Source: an uncultured Alphaproteobacteria bacterium | GTDB lineage: Bacteria; Pseudomonadota; Alphaproteobacteria; HIMB59; GCA-002718135 | Direction of reading: 5' to 3' | Assembly: GCA_902576125.1 (NCBI GenBank) | Contig: CACGUF010000003.1 | Coordinates: 35,311-99,310 of the forward strand | DNA length: 64,000 bases | Shown: piece by piece, positions 35,594-46,700 of the stretch | Layout of the letters: every line of letters begins with the position of its first letter | Numbering within the stretch: position 1 is the first letter of the stretch | Notes under the pieces: generated by a model | The model's database searches: none | Told to the model about the DNA's origin: nothing | The model's input: the letters and a program-made list of their open reading frames with translations, nothing else | Position numbers and translations under genes: made by a program

Positions 35594-36886
35594 CTATTTA
35601 ATTTTATTTTTAAATATCCAATCTATTTTATTATTTTTTCTTTTAATCTGTAAAATTTCTCTTAATTCTTGAATAGATATGTACTTTAATAATTTTCTAT
35701 CTTGTTTTAAAACATCAAAAAAACTTCTTTTATTATTCCAAGCATTCATTGCATTTTTTTGAACTATGGAATAGGCTAATTGTCTAGATAAGCCCAATTT
35801 TGTAAGTTTGAGGAGTAATTTTTGACTATTTTGAAGTTCACCAATTAAATTTAGATTTTTTTTCATGTTTTCAGGATAAACATTCATCTTTATAATAATT
35901 TCATTAAGTCTATGCAGTGAAAAATCCAAAGCAATACTAATATCTGGGGCAAAAATTCTTTCAACGCTTGAATGACTAATGTCTCTTTCATGCCATAAAA
36001 CAATATTTTCCATGGAAGGAATTACTGCACTTCTTATATATCTTGCTAAACCAGTTAAATTTTCACTTAAGATTGGATTTCTTTTATGAGGCATTGCAGA
36101 TGATCCTTTTTGTTTTGGATTAAAACTTTCTTCAACCTCTAATACTTCAGTTCTTTGTAAGTGTCTAATTTCTACAGCAAGACGTTCTATTGAGCTGCCT
36201 ATGATACCAAGTATAGAAAAAAAGAAAGCATGTCTATCTCTTGGAATGATTTGAGTTGAAATATCTTCGCATTTAAGATTTAGTTTTTTTGCAACATATT
36301 TTTCTACTCTTGGATCTATACTGTCATATGTTCCAACAGGTCCTGAAATTGAACATATACTTATTTCTTCAATTGCCAACTCAAGTCTTTTAAGATTTCT
36401 TTTAAATTCATTATAAAAAGATCCTAATTTTAATCCAAAAGTTATTGGTTCTGCATGAATTCCATGGCTTCTACCAATCATTAATGTATTTTTATATTTT
36501 ATAGATTTATTTTTTAAATTTTTGATTAAAGTATTTAATTCTTTATGAATTATTTCACCTGTTTGTTTAAGTTGAATTGAAAAACCAGTATCAATTATAT
36601 CGCTCGATGTAACACCATGATGAAAGTACTTTGATTGTTTGCCTATATATTTACTTACATTATCTATGTATGCATTAACATCATGTTTTGTTTCTTTTTC
36701 TAATTTATTTATTTCTTTTACATTAAATTTTGCTTTTTTTCTAATTTCTCTTGCGGCAGGCTTAGGTATTTCTCCAATATCAGCTAATTTTTCAGCAATT
36801 AAAACTTCTATTTCTGTCCAAATTTTAAACTTGTTATCTAGTGTCCATATCTTTTCTATTTTTGGTCTGTTATATCTTGGTATCAT
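35594..36886 (-). CDS. purB: Adenylosuccinate lyase
   Basis: 430 aa. Motifs: MIPRYNRPKIEKIW, HHGVTSSDI, and the signature loop GSSAMPHKRNP. Confidence 0.9.
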   Translation of the reverse strand: MIPRYNRPKIEKIWTLDNKFKIWTEIEVLIAEKLADIGEIPKPAAREIRKKAKFNVKEINKLEKETKHDVNAYIDNVSKYIGKQSKYFHHGVTSSDIIDTGFSIQLKQTGEIIHKELNTLIKNLKNKSIKYKNTLMIGRSHGIHAEPITFGLKLGSFYNEFKRNLKRLELAIEEISICSISGPVGTYDSIDPRVEKYVAKKLNLKCEDISTQIIPRDRHAFFFSILGIIGSSIERLAVEIRHLQRTEVLEVEESFNPKQKGSSAMPHKRNPILSENLTGLARYIRSAVIPSMENIVLWHERDISHSSVERIFAPDISIALDFSLHRLNEIIIKMNVYPENMKKNLNLIGELQNSQKLLLKLTKLGLSRQLAYSIVQKNAMNAWNNKRSFFDVLKQDRKLLKYISIQELREILQIKRKNNKIDWIFKNKIK

Positions 36887-36894
36887 ATATTTTT

Positions 36895-37689
36895 TTATAA
36901 ATCATTTATTGGAAAATCTGTATTGTTTTCTGATAATGTAAAAATTTCATTTCCATCTTCTGTAATACCAATTGTATGCTCAAACTGAGCAGATAAAGAC
37001 TTATCTTTAGTTACAGCTGTCCAACCATCATTTAGTATTTTTACTTTCCAATCACCTAAGTTAATCATAGGCTCTATTGTAAAAAACATACCAGGTTTAA
37101 GTTCAGGACCTTCTCCGATGCTACCATAATGAAGTACACTAGGCGGGGTATGGAATTGTCTTCCAATACCATGGCCACAGAAATCTCTTACAACTGAATA
37201 ATTTTTAGATTCTGCGTATTTTTGAATTTTATAACCGATATCTCCAAAAGTTTTTCCTGGTTTAGCTTCTTTAATTCCAATAAAAAGACATTCATAAGTT
37301 GTTTTTAATAAATCTAAATTTTTTTTATTTGTTTTACCTGCAACAAACATTCTAGAAGTATCACCATACCAGCCATCTAAAATAACCGTAATATCAATAT
37401 TTATTATATCACCAATATTTAACAATTTTTTTTCATTTGGAATACCATGACAGACAACATGATTTACTGATGTGCAAATTGATTTCGGAAATCCTTTATA
37501 ATTTAGTGGAGCAGGTATTGCATTATTTTTAATTATTAAATCGTGACAAAAATCATTAATTTCTAAAGTAGAAATTCCTGGTTTTATTAATTCATACAAT
37601 TGATCTAAGATATGAGCTGCCAATCTACCTGCGTTACGCATTTTTTCAAAATCATTTTTATGGTAAATTGGAATATTATTAGATTGCAT
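36895..37689 (-). CDS. map: Methionine aminopeptidase, type I
   Basis: 264 aa. Motifs: VCHGIP, DITVILDGWYGD, GHGIGRQFH, FTIEPM, QFEHT. Confidence 0.95.
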   Translation of the reverse strand: MQSNNIPIYHKNDFEKMRNAGRLAAHILDQLYELIKPGISTLEINDFCHDLIIKNNAIPAPLNYKGFPKSICTSVNHVVCHGIPNEKKLLNIGDIINIDITVILDGWYGDTSRMFVAGKTNKKNLDLLKTTYECLFIGIKEAKPGKTFGDIGYKIQKYAESKNYSVVRDFCGHGIGRQFHTPPSVLHYGSIGEGPELKPGMFFTIEPMINLGDWKVKILNDGWTAVTKDKSLSAQFEHTIGITEDGNEIFTLSENNTDFPINDL

Positions 37690-37753
37690 TTAATTATTCT
37701 TTTTAATATTTTTATTTACTAAATAACAGTATAATTATAAAAAAATATACCTT

Positions 37754-38500
37754 ATGACAATTTTTACAGCTGGAATTTTGATAATTGGTGATGAGATATT
37801 ATCTGGAAGAACTCAAGATACAAATGCAAATTTTATAGCTAAACAATTAACATCATCTGGAATAAAACTTGAAGAAATCAAAGTCATTAAGGATCAAACA
37901 AAAATTATTGTAGAATCAGTGAGATCTTTTAGCCAGAAATATAGTTATGTTTTTACTACTGGTGGAATAGGGCCAACACACGATGACATTACTTCAGAGA
38001 GTATAGCTGCAGCATTTGATAAAGAGTATGAAATAAATAGAGAGGCTTTTAATATTCTAGAAAAATATTATCCTGATGGAGAGTTTAATAAAAGTCGACA
38101 AAGAATGGCAAAGATGCCAGCTGATGTACATTTAATTTATAATCCTTTGACTGCAGCACCTGGTTTTGTTTTAAATAATGTTTATGTCCTTCCTGGAGTC
38201 CCAAAAATAATGGAAGTAATGTTTATTAATGTTTTAAAAAATTTAAAAAAAGGCAAACCAAAAAAAATAACAACTATAAATACGAATTTATATGAAAGTA
38301 AAATAGCCTCCTTTTTAAAAGATACACAGGAGAAATATAAAGAATGTTCTATTGGTAGTTACCCTTATTTTAATTTTCTATCTAAGACCGGAGGAGTTAA
38401 TATATCAGTCTCCTCTTGGACGATGAGTTCTCTTGATGATGTGGAAAAAGAAATAATTGAGATGATAAAATTAAATGGTGGAAATTACTCTATTGTCTGA
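37754..38500 (+). CDS. Molybdopterin-binding (MoCF-biosynthesis/CinA N-terminal-like) domain protein
   Basis: 248 aa. Motifs: IIGDEILSGRTQDTNANFIAKQL and TTGGIGPTHDDIT. Confidence 0.75.
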   Translation: MTIFTAGILIIGDEILSGRTQDTNANFIAKQLTSSGIKLEEIKVIKDQTKIIVESVRSFSQKYSYVFTTGGIGPTHDDITSESIAAAFDKEYEINREAFNILEKYYPDGEFNKSRQRMAKMPADVHLIYNPLTAAPGFVLNNVYVLPGVPKIMEVMFINVLKNLKKGKPKKITTINTNLYESKIASFLKDTQEKYKECSIGSYPYFNFLSKTGGVNISVSSWTMSSLDDVEKEIIEMIKLNGGNYSIV

Positions 38501-38518
38501 TAATACAATTTTTAGATT

Positions 38519-38603
38519 GGCCTCGTGGTGGAATGGTAGACACAAAGGACTTAAAATCCTTGCCCTTTTGGGAGTGCCGGTTCAAGTCCGGCCGAGGCTA
38601 CCA
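38519..38603 (+). tRNA. tRNA-Leu (anticodon UAA), class II with long variable arm, CCA encoded
   Basis: Hand-folded. Acceptor GGCCTCG pairs with CGAGGCT (G1-U72 wobble). D-arm GTGGAATGGTAGACAC. Anticodon stem AAGGA/TCCTT with loop CTTAAAA (anticodon TAA). The variable arm is long. T-arm GCCGG-TTCAAGT-CCGGC, then A-CCA. Confidence 0.9.
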
Positions 38604-38616
38604 ACTTTGATAAAAT

Positions 38617-38991
38617 ATGTTTAGTTTTGTAACATTAGGAACAAATAACTTAAAAAAAAGTAAACTTTTTTATGATAAACTTCTTGCCTCAATAGATATA
38701 GTCAAATCAGAAGAAGAAAATAGTTATGTTGGCTATGCAAAAAAAAATAATTTAAAAAAAATTCAATTTTATTTAATGACGCCTCATAATAAAAAAGATG
38801 CCACTTTTGGAAACGGCACTATGATTACTTTTACAGCTGAGTCCAAAGAGAGCGTAATCAATTTCTATAACTTAGCTTTAAAATTAGGTGGCACAGATGA
38901 GGGCTCTCCTGGACCAAGACATGAAGAGCATTTTTATGCATATTTTAGGGATCTTGATGGAAATAAAATATGTATATTTTGTTCAGATTAA
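38617..38991 (+). CDS. VOC (glyoxalase/bleomycin-resistance/dioxygenase) family protein
   Basis: 124 aa with a C-terminal FYAYFRDLDGNKI motif typical of the VOC fold. Confidence 0.7.
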   Translation: MFSFVTLGTNNLKKSKLFYDKLLASIDIVKSEEENSYVGYAKKNNLKKIQFYLMTPHNKKDATFGNGTMITFTAESKESVINFYNLALKLGGTDEGSPGPRHEEHFYAYFRDLDGNKICIFCSD

Positions 38992-38994
38992 AAT

Positions 38995-39756
38995 TTAATA
39001 TTCAAATTGTTCATTTAAAATTTTATCTTCTATAGAATGGTTTTTATCAAATAAAATTTTACATACTTTATCTTTTGATGACTCAATATGCACCTCTTTG
39101 ATATTTCTAAATTCTATATTGTCTGCAGTAACACTTACTTGTCTTTCTTTAAAATTTAATACATTAATTTTAATTTTATTATTCTCTGAGAGTAGGGCAC
39201 CTCTCCATCTTCTGGGCCTAAAAGCACTAATAGGTGTTAAGGCTAACAATTTGGAATCCAAAGGTAATATGCTTCCATGAGCTGATAAATTATAAGCAGT
39301 GCTTCCAGCTGATGTTGATACTAATACTCCATCACATATTAATTCATTCATTCTTTTAACGTTATTAATTTTAATTTCGAATTTAGAGGCCTGATGACTT
39401 TGTCTCATTAGCGAAACTTCATTATATGCAATTGACTCATAAATTTTATCACTATCATCTTTTGCAATCATTTTAAGAGGTCTCAGTTCTGTTGATTTAG
39501 AGTTTTTTATAAGATTTTCCAAATTATTACCTTTAAAAGAATTCATTAAAAAACCAATAGATCCATAATTGATTCCAAAAAAAGATTTATTAAGATTATT
39601 AAAGTCATGCAGGGATTTTAAAAGAATTCCATCTCCACCTATTGGAACAATTATATCAGCTTCTTTTGGGTCGCTTTGTGAATAGGATTTTATAAAATCC
39701 TCTTTTGCATTTTTAGATTCTTTTGAATTTGAAGATGTAAAATGAAATTTCATCAT
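38995..39756 (-). CDS. nadK: NAD+ kinase
   Basis: 253 aa. Motifs: IIVPIGGDGILL, NYGSIGFL, STSAGSTAYNLSAHG. Confidence 0.85.
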   Translation of the reverse strand: MMKFHFTSSNSKESKNAKEDFIKSYSQSDPKEADIIVPIGGDGILLKSLHDFNNLNKSFFGINYGSIGFLMNSFKGNNLENLIKNSKSTELRPLKMIAKDDSDKIYESIAYNEVSLMRQSHQASKFEIKINNVKRMNELICDGVLVSTSAGSTAYNLSAHGSILPLDSKLLALTPISAFRPRRWRGALLSENNKIKINVLNFKERQVSVTADNIEFRNIKEVHIESSKDKVCKILFDKNHSIEDKILNEQFEY

Positions 39757-40745
39757 CCCCCAGTTTCATTCATGTGCCTATTAATGTAAGGCTTAACTTC
39801 ATTATTAATAATAAAATCATGTTTTTTTGGTTTTATACTCAAAGCAAATCTAATTTTTTCTTTGATGTATTCATCACCTCTATCAGTTCTTAAAATTTCT
39901 CTAAAATCTACAAATTCATTTTGTCCCAAACACATATATAGTCTTCCAGTGCTTGATAATCTTACTCTATTACAGGTAGCACAAAAATTATTTGATAAAG
40001 GTGTTATAAAACCAATTTTTATATTTAAATTACTGCTTGTAAAATAATTTGATGGGCCACCAGTTTTGTAACTAGAATTTTCTAAACTATATATAGTTTT
40101 TAACTTTTTAAATGTATTATCAAGACTCACAAACTGCATATGTCTCGGCATATCAGTATCACTCATAGGCATTACCTCTATGAAAGTTATATCAATTAAT
40201 TTTTTGTTAGCCCAATTAATTAGATCAGAAAGATGATCTTCATTAAAATTTTTAAAAACTACAGTATTAATTTTAATTTTAATATTATTTTTTTTTGCTT
40301 CTTCTATACCATCAATAACATTATCTAAATTTCCAAATCTGGTGATTTCTTTATATTTTTCTTTTATATTCGTATCTAAAGAAACATTAATTCTATTTAT
40401 TCCATTATTTTTTAAATCTTTTGCAAATTTTTTTAATAAACTTCCATTAGTGGTTAATGTAATTTCTTTTAAATTACTGCTAGATTTTTTTTTATTTAAA
40501 TTTTCAATTAAATGGAGAATATTCTTTCTTACTAACGGCTCACCACCAGTTAGTCTAATTTTTTCTACACCTAATTCAATAAAGTTATCACACAACCTTT
40601 CAATTTCTTCTAAACTTAAGATTTCATTTTTTGGAAGAAAATTCATTTTTTCTTTCATGCAATAAACACATCTTAAATCACATCTGTCAGTAACAGATAC
40701 TCTCAAATAATTTACTTTTCTTAAAAATTGATCAACTATTTGCAT
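39753..40745 (-). CDS. moaA: GTP 3',8-cyclase (molybdenum cofactor biosynthesis protein A, radical SAM)
   Basis: 330 aa. It has the CDLRCVYC radical-SAM cluster, LTGGEPL, and the C-terminal cluster motif CATCNRVRLSSTGRLYMCL. It ends in the GG tail. Confidence 0.9.
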   Translation of the reverse strand: MQIVDQFLRKVNYLRVSVTDRCDLRCVYCMKEKMNFLPKNEILSLEEIERLCDNFIELGVEKIRLTGGEPLVRKNILHLIENLNKKKSSSNLKEITLTTNGSLLKKFAKDLKNNGINRINVSLDTNIKEKYKEITRFGNLDNVIDGIEEAKKNNIKIKINTVVFKNFNEDHLSDLINWANKKLIDITFIEVMPMSDTDMPRHMQFVSLDNTFKKLKTIYSLENSSYKTGGPSNYFTSSNLNIKIGFITPLSNNFCATCNRVRLSSTGRLYMCLGQNEFVDFREILRTDRGDEYIKEKIRFALSIKPKKHDFIINNEVKPYINRHMNETGG

Positions 40746-40929
40746 TTATATTTATTATTTCTAAATTGACTTCATTAAGATTAATTGTTTTTTTACCCAC
40801 ATTTTCAAAATTAATTGTAATAAAATTATTGATTGATGATTGAATTTGACCAATACCCCATTCAATTTTCTTATCATTATTAATAACATATATTCCAGGC
40901 GTAAAAAGGCTAGAGTAATTCTTCATCAT
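40732..40929 (-). CDS. Small hypothetical protein (resembles the alphaproteobacterial DUF3553 family as I recall it)
   Basis: 65 aa with PGIYVINNDKKIEWGIGQIQSSINNFITINFENVGKKTIN. It has a 14-nt overlap with the moaA start. Confidence 0.5.
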   Translation of the reverse strand: MMKNYSSLFTPGIYVINNDKKIEWGIGQIQSSINNFITINFENVGKKTINLNEVNLEIININANS

Positions 40930-40953
40930 AATTAAACTTATATATTATTTAGA

Positions 40954-41361
40954 TTAATTTAATCTTTTTTCAGCCTTTTCATGCATTTCTTGTGCCTCAA
41001 TGCTTAAGGTTGCAACCGGACGAGCTTCAAGTCTTTTTAAGCCTATAGGTTCTCCAGTTTCCTCACAATATCCATAAGTACCATCTTCGATTCTTCTTAA
41101 TGCCGCATCTATTTTATTAATTAATTTTCTTTCTCTATCTCTTGTTCTAAGTTCAAATGTTCTGTCAATTTCCTCAGAAGCTCTATCAGTCATATCAGGT
41201 TTCGCTTCATTTTCAGATTGAAGGTTATTGAGCGTTTGTGATGACTCTTTTAACAGTTCACCTTTCCATCTCTCAAGTTTTTGCCTAAAATATTCTTTCA
41301 TTTTAGCATTCATAAACTTTTCTTTTTGAGTAGGTTTGTATGTTTTTGAAATTTTTGCCAT
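40954..41361 (-). CDS. dksA: RNA polymerase-binding transcription factor DksA (Cys-poor zinc-finger variant)
   Basis: 135 aa. The coiled-coil tip reads DMTDRASEE (DxxDxA). The C-terminal YGYCEETGEPIGLKRLEARPVATLSIEAQE aligns with E. coli [29 protein letters not shown]. Confidence 0.9.
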   Translation of the reverse strand: MAKISKTYKPTQKEKFMNAKMKEYFRQKLERWKGELLKESSQTLNNLQSENEAKPDMTDRASEEIDRTFELRTRDRERKLINKIDAALRRIEDGTYGYCEETGEPIGLKRLEARPVATLSIEAQEMHEKAEKRLN

Positions 41362-41466
41362 ATTTTAAAACTCGAATGGATTTATCAAAAGAATATGATA
41401 ATTCAAGATTATTATTGTTAAAAAAAAATCTATATATTTCAATATATTAAATGATTTTTATTAAAA

Positions 41467-41507
41467 GAACAAAAATAGAACTTTCAAAATTAGAACAAAA
41501 CGTGTAC
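41467..41507. promoter_or_regulatory. Candidate alphaproteobacterial-type SOS (LexA) boxes upstream of recA: GAAC-N7-GAAC (41467-41481) and GAAC-N7-GTAC (41493-41507)
   Basis: The direct-repeat motif was read directly. It lies 47-87 nt upstream of the recA start, in a 192-bp divergent gap. It matches the published GAAC-N7-GAAC (GTTC-N7-GTTC) LexA site of Rhizobiales and Rhodobacterales. Confidence 0.5.
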
Positions 41508-41553
41508 AAAAAAATCATGATTTGCAAGAATCACAATAAAAAACTACCAAATA

Positions 41554-42663
41554 ATGGAGAAAACAATGTCTCAAGCTAAATTAAAAGTAATAGAGAATAA
41601 TAATACAATGGATAAAGAAAATAGAACTAAATCTTTAGAGGCTGCTGTAAGTCTAATTGAAAAAAATTATGGAAAAGGTTCAATCATGAAACTTGGTTCA
41701 AAAACTAATGTTGATATTGAGGCTATTCCCACAGGTTCTTTAGGTTTAGATATTGCTCTAGGTATAGGGGGCGTTCCTAAGGGTAGAATAATAGAAATTT
41801 ATGGCCCAGAAAGCTCGGGTAAAACTACATTAGCTACACACATAGTTGCTGAGTCTCAAAAACAAGGTGGGAATTGTGCATTTATTGATGCTGAACACGC
41901 TCTTGACCCTGCATATGCTAAAAAACTTGGTGTTAATTTAGAAGAATTATTAATATCACAACCAGATACTGGTGAGCAAGGCTTAGAGATAGCCGACTCG
42001 CTTATAAAATCTGGAGGAATAGATGTGCTTGTTATCGATTCTGTTGCTGCGCTAGTTCCAAGAGCTGAGTTAGAGGGCGATATGGGTGATTCTTTGCCTG
42101 GATTACAAGCTAGATTAATGAGCCAAGCCTTGAGAAAATTAACAAGTTCTATAGCTCAGTCTAATACATTAGTTGTTTTCATTAATCAGTTAAGAATGAA
42201 AATAGGTGTTATGTTTGGAAGTCCTGAGACTACAACAGGTGGAAATGCTCTTAAATTTTACTCTTCTGTTCGAATGGATATCAGACGAATAGGGGCAATT
42301 AAAGATAAAGATGAAATTATAGGCAATCAAACAAGAGTAAAAATTGTTAAAAATAAGGTTGCCCCACCTTTCAAAGTTGTTGAATTTGACATTATGTATG
42401 GAGAGGGTATTTCTAAGCTCGGTGAGCTTGTTGACCTTGGTGTTAAAGCTGAAATTATTGATAAAGCAGGATCTTGGTTTGCTTATAAAGATCAAAAAAT
42501 TGGCCAAGGTAGAGAAAATGTTAAAAATTTCTTAAAAGATAATCCTGATATAGCAAAAGAAATTGAAAATAAAATTCTTGAAAATGCTGGAATAGTTGAG
42601 AAGGCTATGATGGAAGGTGAAATTGAGTCTAAAAAGTCTAAAGAAGAAAAGACTGAAGAGTAA
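41554..42663 (+). CDS. recA: Recombinase A
   Basis: 369 aa. Motifs: GKGSIMKLG, Walker [51 protein letters not shown]. Alternative starts are at Met5 and Met19. Confidence 0.97.
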   Translation: MEKTMSQAKLKVIENNNTMDKENRTKSLEAAVSLIEKNYGKGSIMKLGSKTNVDIEAIPTGSLGLDIALGIGGVPKGRIIEIYGPESSGKTTLATHIVAESQKQGGNCAFIDAEHALDPAYAKKLGVNLEELLISQPDTGEQGLEIADSLIKSGGIDVLVIDSVAALVPRAELEGDMGDSLPGLQARLMSQALRKLTSSIAQSNTLVVFINQLRMKIGVMFGSPETTTGGNALKFYSSVRMDIRRIGAIKDKDEIIGNQTRVKIVKNKVAPPFKVVEFDIMYGEGISKLGELVDLGVKAEIIDKAGSWFAYKDQKIGQGRENVKNFLKDNPDIAKEIENKILENAGIVEKAMMEGEIESKKSKEEKTEE

Positions 42664-42690
42664 ATCTTACATAAGAATTAATTTAAAAAT

Positions 42691-42717
42691 AGGGGGTGAT
42701 TTAACCCCCTTTTTTTT
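42691..42717 (+). terminator. Rho-independent terminator after recA
   Basis: The stem AGGGGGT (42691-97) pairs with ACCCCCT (42704-10) around a 6-nt loop GATTTA. A T7 tract follows (42711-17). It begins 28 nt after the recA stop. Confidence 0.8.
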
Positions 42718-42756
42718 GTGTTAGACATAATAAAATTGACGCTATAATACGTGATC

Positions 42757-45429
42757 ATGAATTCTAGTGAAATTAGATCTACTTTTTTGAACTATTTTAA
42801 AAAAAATGGTCATGAAATAGTCCATTCAAGTCCTTTAGTTCCACATAATGATCCAACGCTAATGTTTGCAAATTCAGGAATGGTTCAATTTAAAAATATT
42901 TTTACTGGAAAAGAAAAAAGAAATTATAATCGTGCAGTTACTTCGCAAAAATGTGTGAGGGCAGGAGGTAAACACAACGATTTAGAAAATGTAGGTTACA
43001 CTGCAAGACACCATACTTTTTTTGAAATGTTAGGTAATTTTTCTTTTGGTGATTACTTCAAGGATCAGGCAATAGAATTCGCATGGAATTTAATTACTAA
43101 GGAATTTAAAATAGAAAAAGAAAAGTTATTAGTCACTGTATTTAGCGAAGATGAAGAAGCATATAATTTTTGGAAGAAAATTGCAGGTCTAAGTTATGAC
43201 AAAATAATTAAAATAAGCACATCTGATAATTTTTGGTCGATGGGAGATACGGGACCATGTGGACCATGTTCAGAAATCTTTTATGATCACGGTGATAAAT
43301 ATCCAGGTGGACCCCCAGGAAGTCCAGATGAAGATGGAGATAGATTTATTGAAATTTGGAACCTAGTATTTATGCAGTTTGAGCAAATTTCATCTTCTGA
43401 AAGAATCAACCTCCCGAAACCTTCTATTGATACTGGAATGGGTTTAGAGAGAATTTCAGCTTTAATAAATAACACTAATGATAATTATAATACTGATTTG
43501 TTTATTCCTTTAATTGATAATTCTAGAAATTTATTAAATGATGAAAGCCAATTAAACAGTCCTAGCCATAGAGTTATAGCTGATCATTTAAGATCTTCAT
43601 CGTTTCTCATTGCTGATGGTGTCACACCGTCTAATGAAGGCAGAGGTTATGTTTTAAGAAGAATAATGAGAAGAGGAATGAGGCATGCTCATACGTTAGG
43701 AAATAAAGATACGGTATTTGATAAAATTTTTCCAACGTTATTGGATATTTTTAAAACTTCATATCCTGAATTAATAAGAGCTAAAGATTTAATAATTAAT
43801 ACTTTTATTAACGAGGAAACTAAATTCAAGGAGACAGTAGAAAAAGGTCTAAAAATTTTAGAGGATGAAATCTCTGAATCATCAAATAAACTAGATGGTA
43901 AAATTGCATTTAAATTATATGATACATATGGCTTTCCATTAGATTTAACACAAGATTATCTCAAATCAAAAAATGTGGAAGTTGATGTTGAGAATTTCAA
44001 TCAAATGATGAAAGAGCAAAAAGAAAGAGCTCGAAATAATTGGAAAGGTACAGGTGATCAAGAGGATCAAAAAAACTGGTTTAAAATTACTGAGAATTTA
44101 AGCTCGACAGAATTTTTAGGCTATGATCAAACTGAGTCTGAAAGTGAAATTACCTCTATAGTTAAGAGTGATAACAAAACTGATCAGCTAAATGAAGGTG
44201 AAAATGGAATTATCATTTTAAACCAGACACCATTTTATGGTGAAAGTGGGGGTCAAGTCGGTGATATAGGTACTATAGTGTTTGAGCACAATACTTTTGA
44301 AGTAAATGATACGACTAAATTATTTGGATTATTTTATTTGCACCATGGTAAAGTAAAAAAAGGAAAATTTAAAATTGGAGATAGTGTAACAGCTACAATT
44401 GATTCATATATACGGCAATTAATAAAATGTAATCATTCTTCAACTCATCTGCTACACGCTTCACTTAGAAAAATTCTTGGAAATCATGTTTCACAAAAAG
44501 GTTCATTGGTTAATAGTGAAAAATTAAGGTTTGATTTTAGTCATAATGAACCAATAACATCAGATAATATTATAAAAATTGAAAATTTTGTGAAGAAAGA
44601 AATAACAGCTAATTCGCAAATAGAAATTAAGACTATTGATCATCAAAAAGCATTAGATGAGGGAGCAACTGCACTTTTTGGAGAAAAATATGGTGATGAG
44701 GTTCGTGTAGTGTCAATGGGTACAGTTGAAGACAATAAAATATTTTCAAAAGAACTGTGTGGGGGTACACATGTTGCTCAAACTGGTGATATTTTGAATT
44801 TTAAAATAATTAATCAAACTAATGTAGCCTCAGGAATAAGAAGAATAGAGGCACTAACAAATATTGCAGTTGACAAATATAATAAGCAAAAAATTCAACT
44901 TGATAATAAAACATCAAAAGAAAACCTAGATAAAATTTCAATACTTATAAGTGGGATAAAAGAGTATGATAATAATTTTGATTATAGTTATGATCAAAAT
45001 AGTGATTTAACAAATAATTTAAAGGAATTAAAAAAATTATTGGATCAAAAAAAACAAAATAAAAATAAAGAAACATCATTACAAAATATCGTTATTGAAA
45101 AAATTAATGATATTAATTTCGTGTATTTACTAACTGAAAATTATCCATCGAAAATACTAAAACAGTTTGTAGATGATCAAAAAAACAAATATCAAAATAA
45201 ATGTGCGTCTCTAATAATTTCAAAAAATGGTGATAAATTATCTATTGTTTTAGGTGTTACAGAAGATTTAACATCTAATTTTGACTCCGCAAAAGTTATT
45301 CAAGATGTATCTAAGATTTTAGGTGGTAAAGGAGGAGGGGGTCGTAAAGATATGGCACAAGCAGGTGGTATTAGTCTAGAAAATATTGATCAAGCTATGG
45401 ATAGGATTAAAACTAATTTAAGATCTTAA
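42757..45429 (+). CDS. alaS: Alanyl-tRNA synthetase
   Basis: Motifs: [27 protein letters not shown], the editing-domain HSSTHLL, CGGTHV, and a C-terminal GGGG DHHA1 tail. The track starts at GTG 42751. I prefer ATG 42757 (MNSSEIR...). Confidence 0.95.
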   Translation: MNSSEIRSTFLNYFKKNGHEIVHSSPLVPHNDPTLMFANSGMVQFKNIFTGKEKRNYNRAVTSQKCVRAGGKHNDLENVGYTARHHTFFEMLGNFSFGDYFKDQAIEFAWNLITKEFKIEKEKLLVTVFSEDEEAYNFWKKIAGLSYDKIIKISTSDNFWSMGDTGPCGPCSEIFYDHGDKYPGGPPGSPDEDGDRFIEIWNLVFMQFEQISSSERINLPKPSIDTGMGLERISALINNTNDNYNTDLFIPLIDNSRNLLNDESQLNSPSHRVIADHLRSSSFLIADGVTPSNEGRGYVLRRIMRRGMRHAHTLGNKDTVFDKIFPTLLDIFKTSYPELIRAKDLIINTFINEETKFKETVEKGLKILEDEISESSNKLDGKIAFKLYDTYGFPLDLTQDYLKSKNVEVDVENFNQMMKEQKERARNNWKGTGDQEDQKNWFKITENLSSTEFLGYDQTESESEITSIVKSDNKTDQLNEGENGIIILNQTPFYGESGGQVGDIGTIVFEHNTFEVNDTTKLFGLFYLHHGKVKKGKFKIGDSVTATIDSYIRQLIKCNHSSTHLLHASLRKILGNHVSQKGSLVNSEKLRFDFSHNEPITSDNIIKIENFVKKEITANSQIEIKTIDHQKALDEGATALFGEKYGDEVRVVSMGTVEDNKIFSKELCGGTHVAQTGDILNFKIINQTNVASGIRRIEALTNIAVDKYNKQKIQLDNKTSKENLDKISILISGIKEYDNNFDYSYDQNSDLTNNLKELKKLLDQKKQNKNKETSLQNIVIEKINDINFVYLLTENYPSKILKQFVDDQKNKYQNKCASLIISKNGDKLSIVLGVTEDLTSNFDSAKVIQDVSKILGGKGGGGRKDMAQAGGISLENIDQAMDRIKTNLRS

Positions 45430-46635
45430 TTTTTTTTCCAAATTATCCTTTAGAGTATTTAAAAAATCTTGAGTGTTTAACCACTTTTGGTTTTCACTAA
45501 TTAAAATCGCCAGATCTTTTGTCATTTTTCCAGTTTCAACAGTTTCGATGCAAGTCTCTTCAAGTTTTTTTGAAAAATTCATTAAATTTTGATTATCATC
45601 AAATTTTCCCCTAAAATACAAACCTCTTGACCATGCAAAAATAGAAGCAATTGGATTTGTGGATGTTTCTAGACCCTGTTGATGATTTCTAAAGTGTCTA
45701 GTAACGGTTCCATGCGCTGCTTCAGCTTCTACAGTTTTTCCATCAGGAGTCATTAAAACACTTGTCATTAATCCAAGAGAACCATAACCCTGGGCGACGG
45801 AGTCAGATTGAACATCACCATCATAATTTTTACATGCCCATATAAAATTACCTTCCCACTTTAGAGCAGTAGCAACCATATCATCTATCAATCTATGTTC
45901 GTAAACAATATTTTTGTCATTAAATTTTTCTGCAAACTCTTCCTTGAAAACATTCTCAAATAAATCTTTAAATCTTCCATCGTAAACTTTTAAAATAGTA
46001 TTTTTAGTAGATAAATAGACAGGCCACCCAAGATTTAGACCATAATTAAAACAAGCTCTTGCAAAATCAATTATTGATTGATCTAGGTTATACATTGATA
46101 GAGCTATACCTTCTTTTTCAAAATTAAATACTTCTTTTACAAATCCTTCGCTCCCGTCTGTTGGTTCAAAAACCATTTTTAATTTTCCTGGTTTTGAAAT
46201 TAGTGTATCTGTTGCTCTATATTGATCACCAAATGCATGCCTTGCGACAACTATTGGTTTGTTCCAATTAGTAACAATTCTAGGAACATTTTTACAAATA
46301 ATAGGTTGCCTAAAAATAGTTCCACCTAAAATATTTCTAATTGTTCCATTTGGAGAACGCCACATTTTTTTTAAATTAAATTCAGTAACTCTATCTTCAT
46401 CTGGAGTAATTGTTGCGCATTTGATCCCAACACCATATTTTTTAACTGCTTCTGCTGCATCAATAGTAATCTGATCTTCAGTATTATCCCTACTTTTAAC
46501 TCCTAAATCATAATATTTTATATCAATATCAATATATGGAAGAATTAGTTTATCTTTGATAAACTCCCAAATAATTCTTGTCATTTCATCCCCATCCATT
46601 TCAACGACAGGTTTGTTTACTTTAATTTTTTCCAT
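45418..46635 (-). CDS. icd: Isocitrate dehydrogenase (NADP+), eukaryote-like homodimeric type
   Basis: 405 aa. Motifs: [46 protein letters not shown]. Confidence 0.95.
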   Translation of the reverse strand: MEKIKVNKPVVEMDGDEMTRIIWEFIKDKLILPYIDIDIKYYDLGVKSRDNTEDQITIDAAEAVKKYGVGIKCATITPDEDRVTEFNLKKMWRSPNGTIRNILGGTIFRQPIICKNVPRIVTNWNKPIVVARHAFGDQYRATDTLISKPGKLKMVFEPTDGSEGFVKEVFNFEKEGIALSMYNLDQSIIDFARACFNYGLNLGWPVYLSTKNTILKVYDGRFKDLFENVFKEEFAEKFNDKNIVYEHRLIDDMVATALKWEGNFIWACKNYDGDVQSDSVAQGYGSLGLMTSVLMTPDGKTVEAEAAHGTVTRHFRNHQQGLETSTNPIASIFAWSRGLYFRGKFDDNQNLMNFSKKLEETCIETVETGKMTKDLAILISENQKWLNTQDFLNTLKDNLEKKLRS

Positions 46636-46700
46636 AAGTTAATATTTCCTTTTTTTGAATTTTTTATCAATTGAAATTGACATACATAGACCTGTCATAG

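Noticed and set aside
46667-46697. The palindromes TCAATT-ga-AATTGA (46667-80) and TGACA-N10-TGTCA (46678-97) lie between the LOG-family gene and icd.
   Set aside because: These are short AT-rich arms in a 65-bp spacer with no second occurrence in the window. They might relate to an icd promoter or operator, but the evidence is insufficient.
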